64,000 bases of DNA. Source: an uncultured delta proteobacterium (lineage in GTDB: Bacteria > Myxococcota_A > Polyangia > Polyangiales > Houyiibacteriaceae). This document shows, one piece after another, positions 30,362 through 39,118 of this stretch. The position numbers and the translations under genes were made by a program. The stretch covers positions 1,696,001-1,760,000 of the forward strand of contig CAVOVB010000001.1 of the NCBI GenBank assembly GCA_963699755.1, read 5' to 3'. Every line of letters starts with the position of its first letter. Within the stretch, counting starts at the first letter, position 1. The notes under the pieces are model-generated. The model did not search any database and was not told where the DNA came from. It worked only from the letters and a program-made list of their open reading frames with translations.

Positions 30362-30847
30362 ATGGCGACGAAGCGAACGCCGAAGAAGAGAACCCCGAAG
30401 AAGGCGACGAAGAAGCGAGCGAGCAGAGCGCCCCGCAAAGAGACCGCGACGCGCTCTCCACGGGGCGAGGAGCCCCAGAAGAAGAGTGCGAGCAAACCGT
30501 CGGCCAAGAAGCGAGCGAGCAAAGCGCCCGCGAGCCGGGCGACCGTGCCCGCAAAGCCACGGGCGAAAAAGAAGGCAGCGGGAGTGTCAGCGCCAGTGTC
30601 CGCGCCAGTGCCACCGTCAGGGCCAGTGTCAGCGCCAGCGTCAGCGTCCGTGTCCCCGCCAGCGTCGGGGTCTGCGACAGCGGCCTCGTCTCGTCCGCCC
30701 TCTTATCTGGAGGGGGTGCCTCAGGATCCCGCTGAGCTCGTTTCGGGCCTCTTTCAGGTGTTTCGGGGGGCCGCCAAAGACCTCAAGACCCTCGTCACGC
30801 AGGCGATTGCCATCAGCAATCACAAGGACGATCCCTTCGATCGATGA
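30362..30847 (+). CDS. Histone H1-like Lys/Arg/Ala-rich protein with Pro/Ser linker and short C-terminal helix
   Basis: MATKRTPKKRTPKKATKKRAS...; GGAGG RBS; stop overlaps the next start (ATGA). Confidence 0.65.
   Translation: MATKRTPKKRTPKKATKKRASRAPRKETATRSPRGEEPQKKSASKPSAKKRASKAPASRATVPAKPRAKKKAAGVSAPVSAPVPPSGPVSAPASASVSPPASGSATAASSRPPSYLEGVPQDPAELVSGLFQVFRGAAKDLKTLVTQAIAISNHKDDPFDR
30584..30668 (+). repeat. Degenerate 12-bp tandem repeat (GTGTCAGCGCCA; VSAP units) within the H1-like gene
   Basis: gtgtcagcgcca gtgtccgcgcca gtgccaccgtca gggcca gtgtcagcgcca gcgtcagcgtcc gtgtccccgcca. Confidence 0.6.
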
Positions 30848-32049
30848 ACGGAATGAAGCGGATCGTCGTCGTCGGGGCATCCCTGGCGGGGTTGCGGGCA
30901 GTCGAATTCATTCGGCGCGCGAAGTTCGACGGCGAGCTCGTCTTAATCGGAGAAGAGAAACATCGCCCGTACGATCGACCGCCACTCTCAAAAGAAGTGC
31001 TCCGCGGCGAGGCGGAACAAGAGCGCCTGTCGCTTCGGCGGAAAAGCTACGATGAGTTGAACGTCGACCTGAGGCTCGGGCACCGCGCTCAGTCGCTCGA
31101 CACCCGCGCCGGCGCGGTGCTACTTCAAAGCGGCGAGGTGGTTTCCTATGATGGCTTGGTGATTGCAACTGGCGGTGCGGTGCGTGCGCTTCCAAATCAG
31201 CCACCGCTCGAGGGCATCCACGTGCTTCGAACGCTCGATGATGCGTTGGCAATCCGCGCTGCGCTCGATGCCAAGCCTCGGGTGGCCGTGATCGGTGCCG
31301 GTTTCATCGGCGCCGAGGTCGCGGCGTCGGCCCGGCAACTGGGGCTCGAGGTCACCATGATCGAAGCCTTGGAGACGCCGCTTGCCCAGAGCTTGGGGCC
31401 GCGGCTTGGACGTATTCTGCAAGGGGTGCACGAGCGTCGCGGTGTGCGGGTGCTCTGCGGACGGCGCGTCGAACGGTTTGGCGGTGCTCGCCGTGTCGAA
31501 AGCCTATGGCTCGACGATGGCAGCCGAGTGGATTGCGACCTGGTCGTGGTTGGCGTCGGGGTCGCCCCTGCGGTGTCCTGGCTCGAGGGCTCTGAAATAG
31601 AGATCGAAGATGGCGTGCGATGCGACGCAACGCTCGCGACCAACGTTCCTGGTGTCGTTGCCGCCGGGGACGTCGCGAGTTGGTACAACCCACTGTTCGA
31701 GGAGCGGATGCGGGTCGAGCATTGGACCAACGCTGTCGAGCAAGCGCGTCACGCCGTCTCGACGCTGTTCGCCGCGCCTGGCGAAGCAAAACCGTTCGAA
31801 TCGGTGCCGATGTTCTGGTCCGATCAATTCGACCTGAAGATCCAGGGCGCCGGCAAGCCCAAGCCTGGCGATGAGCTCACCATCGTCAAGAGCGGGCCCG
31901 ACGATGAGAAGCTCGTTGCCCTCTATAGCCGCGTTGGCCGCGTGGTTGGTGCGGTGGCCTTCAACCAGCCTCCCAAGCTCGTCCAGCTTCGCATGCTGAT
32001 CGAAAGGCGCGGTGGACTTGATCAGGCACTAAAAATCGTGGATTCTTAA
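30844..32049 (+). CDS. NAD(P)/FAD-dependent ferredoxin reductase-type oxidoreductase
   Basis: VVGASLAG, PYDRPPLSK, IATGG, IGAGFIGAE, AAGD, RVEHWTNA, PMFWSDQ. Confidence 0.93.
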   Translation: MNGMKRIVVVGASLAGLRAVEFIRRAKFDGELVLIGEEKHRPYDRPPLSKEVLRGEAEQERLSLRRKSYDELNVDLRLGHRAQSLDTRAGAVLLQSGEVVSYDGLVIATGGAVRALPNQPPLEGIHVLRTLDDALAIRAALDAKPRVAVIGAGFIGAEVAASARQLGLEVTMIEALETPLAQSLGPRLGRILQGVHERRGVRVLCGRRVERFGGARRVESLWLDDGSRVDCDLVVVGVGVAPAVSWLEGSEIEIEDGVRCDATLATNVPGVVAAGDVASWYNPLFEERMRVEHWTNAVEQARHAVSTLFAAPGEAKPFESVPMFWSDQFDLKIQGAGKPKPGDELTIVKSGPDDEKLVALYSRVGRVVGAVAFNQPPKLVQLRMLIERRGGLDQALKIVDS

Positions 32050-32052
32050 GCC

Positions 32053-32964
32053 TTGAGCGTTCGCCAGGTCGATGTCGAGATTCGAAGCGGTGACGACGTC
32101 TGCCGTGCTTGGTTCTTTTTTCCGGTCGCCCGGAACGACTCCAGCGCGTGCATCGTGATGGGGCATGGGCTTGGCCTGACGCGCCACTGTGGCTTGCGCG
32201 AGATTGCGGTCGCCTTCGCCACCGCGGGGTATGCGGTCCTGCTCTTCGACTATCGTGGCTTTGGGGACAGCGGCGGTGAGCCTCGCCAGCTGGTCTCGCT
32301 CGGCAAGCAACTCGTGGACTGGGCGGCTGCAATTGACTACGCGCGCTCTCGAGAGGAAGTCGATGCGAATTGCATCTTCACTTGGGGGTTTTCGCTCGGT
32401 GCGGGTCATGCGCTGACGGCCGCTTCCAGGGACGAAGGAGTGGCCGCTGTCGTTGCGGTGGCCCCGATGTTCGATGGCCTCGGCAGCACCCTGGCAGCCA
32501 TGAAGAGATGGGGCCCGCTCAACTTCCTTCGGATGATTGCGCGAGCCATGAAGGATCTTCTCGGTTCATTCCTCGGTCGCTCTCCGACCTTGGTCCCGCT
32601 CACTGCGCCTCCGGGTGACCTCGGATTGCTCACCTCGCCTGATGCTCATCCAGGTTACAAGGCGCTGGTACCGTCAGACTTCAACTACGACACCGCCGCC
32701 CGTATCGGTCTAGTCTTCTGGAGCTACTTCCCCGGCTTGCGGCTCCGTCGATTCTCTCGCCCGATTCTGATCCTTCCTTCGAGCATCGATCGGATCAACC
32801 CACCGGGGCCGACACTTCGTCACGCTAGCAAGTGCAAGTCCGCCACCATCATCGAGCTCGAGTGCGAGCACTTGGAAGCGGTGATCGAGCCAACGCGGAG
32901 CCGGGTCGTGCGCGCCACCCTCGACTTTCTCAATCAGCGCGCACCGTCAAGACAAGTCCAGTAG
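32053..32964 (+). CDS. Alpha/beta hydrolase (peptidase S15/FrsA-like)
   Basis: MGHGLG, FDYRGFGDSGGEPRQ, WGFSLGAGH. Confidence 0.88.
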   Translation: MSVRQVDVEIRSGDDVCRAWFFFPVARNDSSACIVMGHGLGLTRHCGLREIAVAFATAGYAVLLFDYRGFGDSGGEPRQLVSLGKQLVDWAAAIDYARSREEVDANCIFTWGFSLGAGHALTAASRDEGVAAVVAVAPMFDGLGSTLAAMKRWGPLNFLRMIARAMKDLLGSFLGRSPTLVPLTAPPGDLGLLTSPDAHPGYKALVPSDFNYDTAARIGLVFWSYFPGLRLRRFSRPILILPSSIDRINPPGPTLRHASKCKSATIIELECEHLEAVIEPTRSRVVRATLDFLNQRAPSRQVQ

Positions 32965-33672
32965 CCAGAGCGGCGCGAGCTCGGCCGCGTGACGCTCGAC
33001 TGAGATTCGCGCCAGGTTGAGCCAGTCGTCGCATTCATCGAGGATCGCGCTGTCGGCGCTTGCGACCACCGCAGTCGAGTCCTTGAGGATTTCGTCGACT
33101 CGGTCCGCGGTCGTCGCTTGAATACACGATCCTTTGCCGGCTGCCGTCGTCCGTACAATCTCGGCAAGTCGGCCTGAGTTCGAAACCGGGCGGTCGATGT
33201 ACACCGTCACCCCGGACGGCCGCAGCGAGTCGACGACGTCGACTAGGATTTCGACGGCGCGCTCGCTCTCCTGGACCAAGCGATAGCTGCCGTGGAAGCT
33301 TGCCATGTCCCGCAAACAGGTGTCGCGGCCGAGCAGCAGAACGCCTCGGGCCAAGGCCACCTCGATCGTGGTGATCACGTTGAGGCCGTCGATCAGCAGA
33401 TGCCGCGCGTTCATCATCTCGGGGGCGCATCGCCTCGACGCTCGGTCCCGTTGGGCCGAATCGGAGCAGGCACACCTCTTTGCCGCGGTGCGTTGACGAC
33501 TGCGCAGTCGATAGCGGTCCCCGACGAGCTTGACTGCCGAGCCGTCGGAGTATCCTCGCGTCCGGAGCCAGCTCAGGTCCGCGACCGCCGGTATCAATGC
33601 GGAGAGCGCTTCCTTGGAAAACAATTGTGCATCGGTGGGATGCGGCCCACGGTGACGCCGGGAATCACCCAT
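32947..33672 (-). CDS. DUF434 domain protein
   Basis: RRHRGPHPTDAQLF, LVGDRYRL, IDGLNVITTIE, RDMAS, DRPVSNSG, SADSAILD; start placed at MGDSRR. Confidence 0.8.
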   Translation of the reverse strand: MGDSRRHRGPHPTDAQLFSKEALSALIPAVADLSWLRTRGYSDGSAVKLVGDRYRLRSRQRTAAKRCACSDSAQRDRASRRCAPEMMNARHLLIDGLNVITTIEVALARGVLLLGRDTCLRDMASFHGSYRLVQESERAVEILVDVVDSLRPSGVTVYIDRPVSNSGRLAEIVRTTAAGKGSCIQATTADRVDEILKDSTAVVASADSAILDECDDWLNLARISVERHAAELAPLWLLDLS

Positions 33673-33700
33673 GCGCGAGCTTAGCCCTCGAAGCGTCCGG

Positions 33701-33743
33701 CGCAAAAACTGCGTATTTGGAACTTTGCCCGCAAGTATTTCCG
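33701..33743. promoter_or_regulatory. bEBP enhancer box CGCA-N5-TGCG plus a partial second box
   Basis: CGCAAAAACTGCG at 33701-33713; CGCAAGTATTTCCG starting 29 bp downstream. Confidence 0.7.
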
Positions 33744-33785
33744 AACGGCGAAAGACCAACGTGCTCTCGCACGGGGTTTCTGGAG

Positions 33786-33801
33786 TGGCACGCACCTTGC
33801 T
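33786..33801 (+). promoter_or_regulatory. Sigma54 -24/-12 promoter (usp)
   Basis: TGGCAC-GCACC-TTGCT, consensus match. Confidence 0.85.
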
Positions 33802-33820
33802 GGAGGTCTGACTGGGTTCC

Positions 33821-34297
33821 ATGTTTGATATGGCGGCCAACATTCTAGCGGTTACCGATCTGACGTCTGCGAGCTACAAGCTCGTGAGCTTTGCCGCGCT
33901 CATTGCAGGCACGACCGACGGCGAGGTCATCTTGGTTTCAACCTACGGAGGCGGTGGGAGCCGGCGCTCCGAGCCTCCCGCTTCGATGCGGGACAATGCC
34001 GACGGCTGGCGCGACCGGGTCGAGTCCAGGCTTCGCCAGGAGGGACAGCTGCTCGAGCGACAGCGGCAATGGTGCGCTGATCGTGGAGTTCGATGCAGGG
34101 CGGAGCTCTACGAAGAGGGGCACTGGCCGGACTACGTACTGCAGAGCGCCAAGCGTTCCCACGTGGACCTGATTCTGCTTGGCATTCAGCTCAGCGGCGG
34201 TGCCGATCAGCTCAGTCCAATCGACATTCGGAGGCTCGCCGAGGACGCTCCCTGCCCGGTGAGCATGGTCAGGCTCCCAGCGCTTGCCTCCTTTTGA
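33821..34297 (+). CDS. Universal stress protein (divergent)
   Basis: ILAVTD start, EGHWPDYVL, VDLILLG, LAEDAPCPVSMVR. Confidence 0.8.
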   Translation: MFDMAANILAVTDLTSASYKLVSFAALIAGTTDGEVILVSTYGGGGSRRSEPPASMRDNADGWRDRVESRLRQEGQLLERQRQWCADRGVRCRAELYEEGHWPDYVLQSAKRSHVDLILLGIQLSGGADQLSPIDIRRLAEDAPCPVSMVRLPALASF

Positions 34298-34320
34298 TGG
34301 GGGTCGCGGCCTGCCAACGC

Positions 34321-34349
34321 TTGACAGGAGGCTCGCAGTTTCTTAGCCA
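34321..34349 (+). promoter_or_regulatory. Sigma70-type promoter of the globin kinase (likely leaderless)
   Basis: TTGACA-N17-TAGCCA, then 6 nt to the ATG at 34356. Confidence 0.55.
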
Positions 34350-34355
34350 AGCCGG

Positions 34356-35537
34356 ATGGTCGACGCCAGCCTGCTCCCCGCTCTCAAGGACTACGTCGGG
34401 TTCGACGCCGAGTGCGCCCGTCGCCTTCAGGCGATGAGCGCTCGGGTGGAGCCGTATCACCGTCCCATCGTCGATCGATTCTACGAGGCCATCCTCGAGG
34501 ACCCGAGCACGCGCGCAGTCCTCAAGAGCGAAGATCAGGTCCAGCGCCTCCGGTCGTCCTTGCTGCACTGGCTCGAAGGACTTTTCACCGGTCCGTACGA
34601 CACCGCGTACTACGAGAAGCGCGCCCAAATCGGACGCGTTCATGTGAAGGTTGGGCTCGAGCAGCGCTACATGCTCGGCGCGATGAACTTGATTCGAATC
34701 GGGCTTCATCGCGCAGTGTCGGATTCCGCTCCCGATGGCCTCGGGATTTTCGAAGATCACAGCGTCATCGATCAGATTTGCGACATCGAGCTCGCGATCA
34801 TGCTCGAGACATACCGAGAAGACTATGTGCTCAAGAAGACCGCCGAAGCGGAGTCGCTCGCGGTCATGGGGAGGCTGACGGCGGGGCTGGCCCACGAGGT
34901 CCGAAATCCTTTGAACGCTGCCAAGCTTCAGCTCGATGTTCTTCGACGCACGGCCTCCCACGTCGAGGACGCTTCGACGCGCCGGAAGATCGAAAGGCGA
35001 ACCAACGTCGTGCAGGACGAGCTCCGACGCTTGTCACTCTTACTCGACGATTTCCTGAATTTGGCGCGTGCGCAGCGGATGGAGCCCATCCGTTGCAATG
35101 CCAGAACGCTGCTCGGCGAAGTGCTCGAGCTGCGAGGTCCCGAGATCGAATCGCAGGGGATTGAGTTCATCGAAGACGTCGATTCGGTTTCCTGCATCCT
35201 GTTCGCAGAGCGCGATCGCCTCAAGCAGGTCGTCAACAACCTGATCACCAATGCAGTCGAGGCGGTGGCCAGCTGCGATCGGCCATCCATTCAGATCGCT
35301 AGCCGGATGCTCGGCGATGACCGGTGGGAGGTCGCGGTGATCGACAACGGTCCAGGGGTTTCGAGCGAGGTCGTCGGGCGGGCGTTCGAATCCTTCGTCA
35401 CGACCAAGGAGGCTGGCACCGGGCTCGGCCTTGCGATCGTCAAGCGAATCGTGGACTTGCACGGAGGCGCAGCGAAGCTCAGCCCAATCGCCGAGGGCGG
35501 CACCTGCGCGTCGTTTTGGATTCCGACAGGGACCTAG
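34356..35537 (+). CDS. Globin-coupled (protoglobin) sensor histidine kinase, AfGcHK/NmpU-like
   Basis: YVGF...IVDRFYEAIL (B10 Tyr), IGRVHVKVGL (proximal His), ELAIMLETYRED; AHEVRNPL H-box; NLITNA, DNGPG, GTGLGL. Confidence 0.92.
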   Translation: MVDASLLPALKDYVGFDAECARRLQAMSARVEPYHRPIVDRFYEAILEDPSTRAVLKSEDQVQRLRSSLLHWLEGLFTGPYDTAYYEKRAQIGRVHVKVGLEQRYMLGAMNLIRIGLHRAVSDSAPDGLGIFEDHSVIDQICDIELAIMLETYREDYVLKKTAEAESLAVMGRLTAGLAHEVRNPLNAAKLQLDVLRRTASHVEDASTRRKIERRTNVVQDELRRLSLLLDDFLNLARAQRMEPIRCNARTLLGEVLELRGPEIESQGIEFIEDVDSVSCILFAERDRLKQVVNNLITNAVEAVASCDRPSIQIASRMLGDDRWEVAVIDNGPGVSSEVVGRAFESFVTTKEAGTGLGLAIVKRIVDLHGGAAKLSPIAEGGTCASFWIPTGT

Positions 35538-36961
35538 TCCATGATTGGATTCTGGTAGCCCCATTCCTTGACTCGGTATTGGATCTTCCGCTGGCTGATC
35601 CCGAGGATCTCCGCTGCGCGAGCGGTGGAACCATCGACTGCATCGAGAGTCCGTAGGATCGCGACCCGTTCGAGCTCGGACATCGTGATGCCTGGAATCA
35701 GCGCCATCACCGAACCGTTTTGCAGGTCCCCGTGAGCGGAGGTGGGCAAGTCGTCGCGTTGGATCAGCTCGTTTTCGCACATGACGACGGCTCTTTCGAT
35801 CGCGTTCTCCAGCTCTCGAACGTTGCCGGGCCAGGGATAGATCATCAGGTGCTGCAATGCCTCTTCGGAGAGACCTTGCACCGGGCGGTCGTTCTCCCCT
35901 GCGTACTTGCGCAGAAACGCATGGGCTAGCAAGGGGATGTCGCTTCGGCGAACGCGGAGTGGCGGCACGTCGAGCTGGACTACCTTGAGCCTGTAGTAGA
36001 GGTCTTCGCGGAATCGTCCTTCGTCTACCCGATGCTTCAAGTTGCGATTGGTTGCGGCCACGACCCGGACATCGACCTTGAGCGTTTCATTGCCTCCGAC
36101 CCGCTCGAGCTCGCGCTCTTGAAGGAAGCGCAGGAGCTTGATTTGAACGCTCGCCGGGATTTCGCTCACCTCGTCGAGAAAGAGCGTGCCGCCATCGGCC
36201 TGCTTGAACCGCCCTTCACGCCGGGTCATCGCGCCCGTGAAAGAGCCGCGTTCGTGGCCAAAGAGCTCGGACTCGAGCAGAGTTTCGCTCAGGGACGCGC
36301 AGTTGAGCTTGATGAAGGGCTTGTCTTTGCGCTTCGAGTTCTGGTGGATTGCCGCGGCGATCAGCTCCTTGCCTGTCCCGGTTTCGCCGTGGATCAGTAC
36401 GGTCGCGCGGCTCCGAGCGACCTGCGCGATGTTTTTCATCAGCCGCTGCATCGAGGGGTGCTCGCCCAGGATGTTGCCGAGTTGAAAGCGATCGTCGAAT
36501 CGTTCGCGGAGCTGCGCAGCTTCCCGCGAGAGACGGGTTCGATCGAGTGCGCGGTCGACGATCGCCATCACTGCATCGAGCTCGAGGGGCTTGGTGAGAT
36601 AGCTTTCGGCGCCGAGCTTGATCGCTTTGACGGCGGTGTCGATGGTTGCGAACGCCGTCATCACGATGAACGTGGTATGGGGCGACATCGGTCGTCCGCG
36701 TTCGATCAGCGACAATCCGTCCATCCCCGGCATCTTGAGGTCCGTCAAGACGACATCGGGGTCGACCTGCTCCAATTGCAGGAGCGCCGTACGGCCGTCA
36801 GCAGCGGTGCTGACGGAATAGCCGGCGTCGTCCATGAGCTCGGCGAGCGCATTTCGCGCGTTCGCTTCGTCGTCGACGATTAACACGCGACCTTTGGAGA
36901 TTGCGACGTTTGGACGTCTGGCGGTGTCGGAGAAGTCGGATGCGGTGTTTACACTAGTCAT
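35534..36961 (-). CDS. Sigma54-dependent response regulator (REC-AAA+-HTH), NtrC/NmpR-like
   Basis: LIVDDE, TDLKMP, GETGTGKE, ESELFGHERGSFTGA, LFLDE, FREDLYYRL, WPGNVRELEN, AAEILGIS. Confidence 0.96.
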   Translation of the reverse strand: MTSVNTASDFSDTARRPNVAISKGRVLIVDDEANARNALAELMDDAGYSVSTAADGRTALLQLEQVDPDVVLTDLKMPGMDGLSLIERGRPMSPHTTFIVMTAFATIDTAVKAIKLGAESYLTKPLELDAVMAIVDRALDRTRLSREAAQLRERFDDRFQLGNILGEHPSMQRLMKNIAQVARSRATVLIHGETGTGKELIAAAIHQNSKRKDKPFIKLNCASLSETLLESELFGHERGSFTGAMTRREGRFKQADGGTLFLDEVSEIPASVQIKLLRFLQERELERVGGNETLKVDVRVVAATNRNLKHRVDEGRFREDLYYRLKVVQLDVPPLRVRRSDIPLLAHAFLRKYAGENDRPVQGLSEEALQHLMIYPWPGNVRELENAIERAVVMCENELIQRDDLPTSAHGDLQNGSVMALIPGITMSELERVAILRTLDAVDGSTARAAEILGISQRKIQYRVKEWGYQNPIMD

Positions 36962-36974
36962 GATTACTCTGCTT

Positions 36975-36991
36975 TGCAGTTGCTGTGCCAA
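36975..36991 (-). promoter_or_regulatory. Sigma54 promoter of the bEBP gene
   Basis: Minus strand TTGGCAC-AGCAA-CTGCA. Confidence 0.7.
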
Positions 36992-37009
36992 GATTTGGCA
37001 CTTCGATTT

Positions 37010-38437
37010 CTAGGCGTGGGCGGTCGCGTCTTCGCTTCCCGAGAGTCTTGCCGCGCGGCCGGCGGCGAGCTGTGTGTACTCCGCGAACGAAGCTTCCAGA
37101 TCCTCGACGAACTCGTGGACGTCCGGAAAAGACTCCCAGTCTGCGTTCAGACCAAAGTGAAGTCCACCGGCGTAACTGAACAAAGCGATGCCGAGATTCT
37201 GGTTCTGCATCAACGGCACCATCGGATAGATCGACTTCATGGGAGAGCTGAGCAAGTAGAGGGGGAACGGCGGCCCGGGCACGTTGGTGATGATCAAGTT
37301 GTAGGTGCGCAGCTTCATCGCCATCAAGTAGAGCTCTGAGACGATCCGTTTGGTCGTGAGGTCTGCGACTTCTTCGATCAGCGCAGCTCCACCCGTTTGG
37401 TTCGACTCCTTCTTCAGCTCGGTCGTCACATGAATGACCTTCCGGAGTCGTTCGATGGGATCTGGTTCGGACACGGGCAGGTCTGCGAGTAGGAGGGCCA
37501 CCTGATTGCCGACGGTCGACCCTCCAGCTTTGCGAATGTTCACCGGCAGAGCGGTGCGAAACCCTTCCATCGAATCGACGTCCGAGCCCCTCCGCAACAG
37601 GAAGCGACGTACTGCGCCGGTCACCGTGGCGACGACCGCGTCGTTGATCGTTCCACCCAAGGTGTTCTTGACCGCCTTGACGTCGTCGAGGGCGAATCGC
37701 ACCCAGTCGAATCGGCGGTAGGGGCTGATATCCTGCTCCGTAAAAATCGTCCTTGGCGCTGGCTTCATGCCGGAGCGAAGCAAGCTCGATAGGCCCTGGA
37801 AGTTCTGCCGAACCCGCGGCAAGAAGTGGCTGAGCTTGCGAAGGCCGTCGATGCGGTGGTTGGTTTCACCGACGAGAAGCTGTGTTCGGCTGGGGGCCGG
37901 GCGCGGCTTCCATTCCTCTGGTTCGCGTTCCGGAGCGTCTGGGCTGACCGTCAACAAGGCTTGCAGCAGCTCAACGCCTGCGATGCCGTCGACCATGCAG
38001 TGGTGCACTTTGATAATCAGGGCAAAGCGGTCGTTCTCGACACCCTCGACCACCCAAAACTCCCAGAGTGGCCGGCTCCGATCGAGATGCTGCGAGAAGA
38101 GCCGACCCACCAGCCGTTTGAGCGAACGCTCATCGCCGGGCAGAGGCAGGCGCGTGTGGCGCAGATGAAAGTGCATGTTGAAACGGTCGTCATCGACCCA
38201 AACCGGGTGTCCATATCCCGGGATCCACTCCACTCTCTGTCGGTAACGGGGAATCGAGTCTACCGCCGCCTTGGTGTATCGGGTGAGGCGTTCGATATCG
38301 AGGCCTCCGTGCTCGAGCGTGAGAGGCTTCGCGTCAAAAATCAGAGCGGCGCCGACATGCATCGGAGCGGACTTGCTCTCGACGTCGAGAAACGTCGCGT
38401 CCAGAGCGCTCAAACGCTCGTAGAATGTTTCCGGCAT
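37010..38437 (-). CDS. Wax ester synthase / diacylglycerol acyltransferase (WS/DGAT, Tgs-like)
   Basis: ERLSALDATFL, PMHVG, LDRSRPLWEFWVVEG, HHCMVDG catalytic motif, TINDAV, ITNVPGP. Confidence 0.95.
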   Translation of the reverse strand: MPETFYERLSALDATFLDVESKSAPMHVGAALIFDAKPLTLEHGGLDIERLTRYTKAAVDSIPRYRQRVEWIPGYGHPVWVDDDRFNMHFHLRHTRLPLPGDERSLKRLVGRLFSQHLDRSRPLWEFWVVEGVENDRFALIIKVHHCMVDGIAGVELLQALLTVSPDAPEREPEEWKPRPAPSRTQLLVGETNHRIDGLRKLSHFLPRVRQNFQGLSSLLRSGMKPAPRTIFTEQDISPYRRFDWVRFALDDVKAVKNTLGGTINDAVVATVTGAVRRFLLRRGSDVDSMEGFRTALPVNIRKAGGSTVGNQVALLLADLPVSEPDPIERLRKVIHVTTELKKESNQTGGAALIEEVADLTTKRIVSELYLMAMKLRTYNLIITNVPGPPFPLYLLSSPMKSIYPMVPLMQNQNLGIALFSYAGGLHFGLNADWESFPDVHEFVEDLEASFAEYTQLAAGRAARLSGSEDATAHA

Positions 38438-38452
38438 AGCGTGAAGAGGACT

Positions 38453-38469
38453 AGCAAGATGTGAGCCCA
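38453..38469 (-). promoter_or_regulatory. Sigma54 promoter of WS/DGAT
   Basis: Minus strand TGGGCTC-ACATC-TTGCT (GG-N10-GC). Confidence 0.6.
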
Positions 38470-38516
38470 CGCATCTGGGAGCCAATAACCCAATACGTGG
38501 GCGTCAGAGGCCTTTG

Positions 38517-38564
38517 GGAAACGCATATTATGCGTTTCCGGTCTGGGCAAGCGCAAAATATGCA
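38517..38564. promoter_or_regulatory. Paired enhancer boxes between the divergent WS/DGAT and CBS promoters
   Basis: Perfect inverted repeat GGAAACGCATA-T-TATGCGTTTCC (38517-38539) and CGCAAAATATGCA (38552-38564), 30 bp apart. Confidence 0.8.
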
Positions 38565-38588
38565 GCCGCTGGCTGCTGGGGTTGACCA

Positions 38589-38604
38589 TGGCACAGAACA
38601 TGCT
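38589..38604 (+). promoter_or_regulatory. Sigma54 promoter of the CBS gene
   Basis: TGGCAC-AGAAC-ATGCT. Confidence 0.72.
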
Positions 38605-38617
38605 TCGAATACAGGGC

Positions 38618-39049
38618 ATGACGCAGCTCTTGGTCCGAGATCTCATGACGCAGCCGGCGAAGACCGTTGGTCCGACGAGCCCGCTTCGGGAGGTCATTCA
38701 GCTGATGGAGGCGAGCCATATCCGCCACGTGGCTGTCGTGGAGGACACTGGGCGCCTGCTGGGGCTCATTTCGCACCGCGATGTCTTACGCAGCCAGGAA
38801 GGAAGTTTGTCTGGCGCCTTGTCGACCGAGCAGGCCCACATGAACCGATGGATCGAAGCCCGATGGGTCATGACGAAAGACGTGCGCACGGTGCATCCCG
38901 AGACGCCTGCCTTGGAAGCTGCACAGATCCTCCGGTCGCACGCCTACGGTTGTGTCCCCGTGGTCGAGGATGGGCGTCTCATAGGCATGTTAACCGACTC
39001 GGATTTCGTCGAATACGCGATTCAGACGCTCTCCGATCCCGGTCTGTGA
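38618..39049 (+). CDS. CBS-pair domain protein
   Basis: VRDLMT, IRHVAVVE, LLGLIS, VMTKDVRTV, GCVPVVEDGRLIGMLTDSDF. Confidence 0.9.
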   Translation: MTQLLVRDLMTQPAKTVGPTSPLREVIQLMEASHIRHVAVVEDTGRLLGLISHRDVLRSQEGSLSGALSTEQAHMNRWIEARWVMTKDVRTVHPETPALEAAQILRSHAYGCVPVVEDGRLIGMLTDSDFVEYAIQTLSDPGL

Positions 39050-39089
39050 ACGGGCGGACGGCCAACCACCAGATCGTCCCGCACCAACC

Positions 39090-39105
39090 TGGCACGTTGC
39101 TTGCT
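39090..39105 (+). promoter_or_regulatory. Sigma54 promoter of the tandem USP
   Basis: TGGCAC-GTTGC-TTGCT, consensus match. Confidence 0.85.
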
Positions 39106-39118
39106 CTACGTTGGACCC

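Noticed and set aside
36995..37011. Plus-strand TTGGCAC-TTCGA-TTTCT as a sigma54 promoter (forms the palindrome TGCCAA-GAT-TTGGCA with the minus-strand site)
   Set aside because: Lacks the -12 GC and would point antisense into WS/DGAT.
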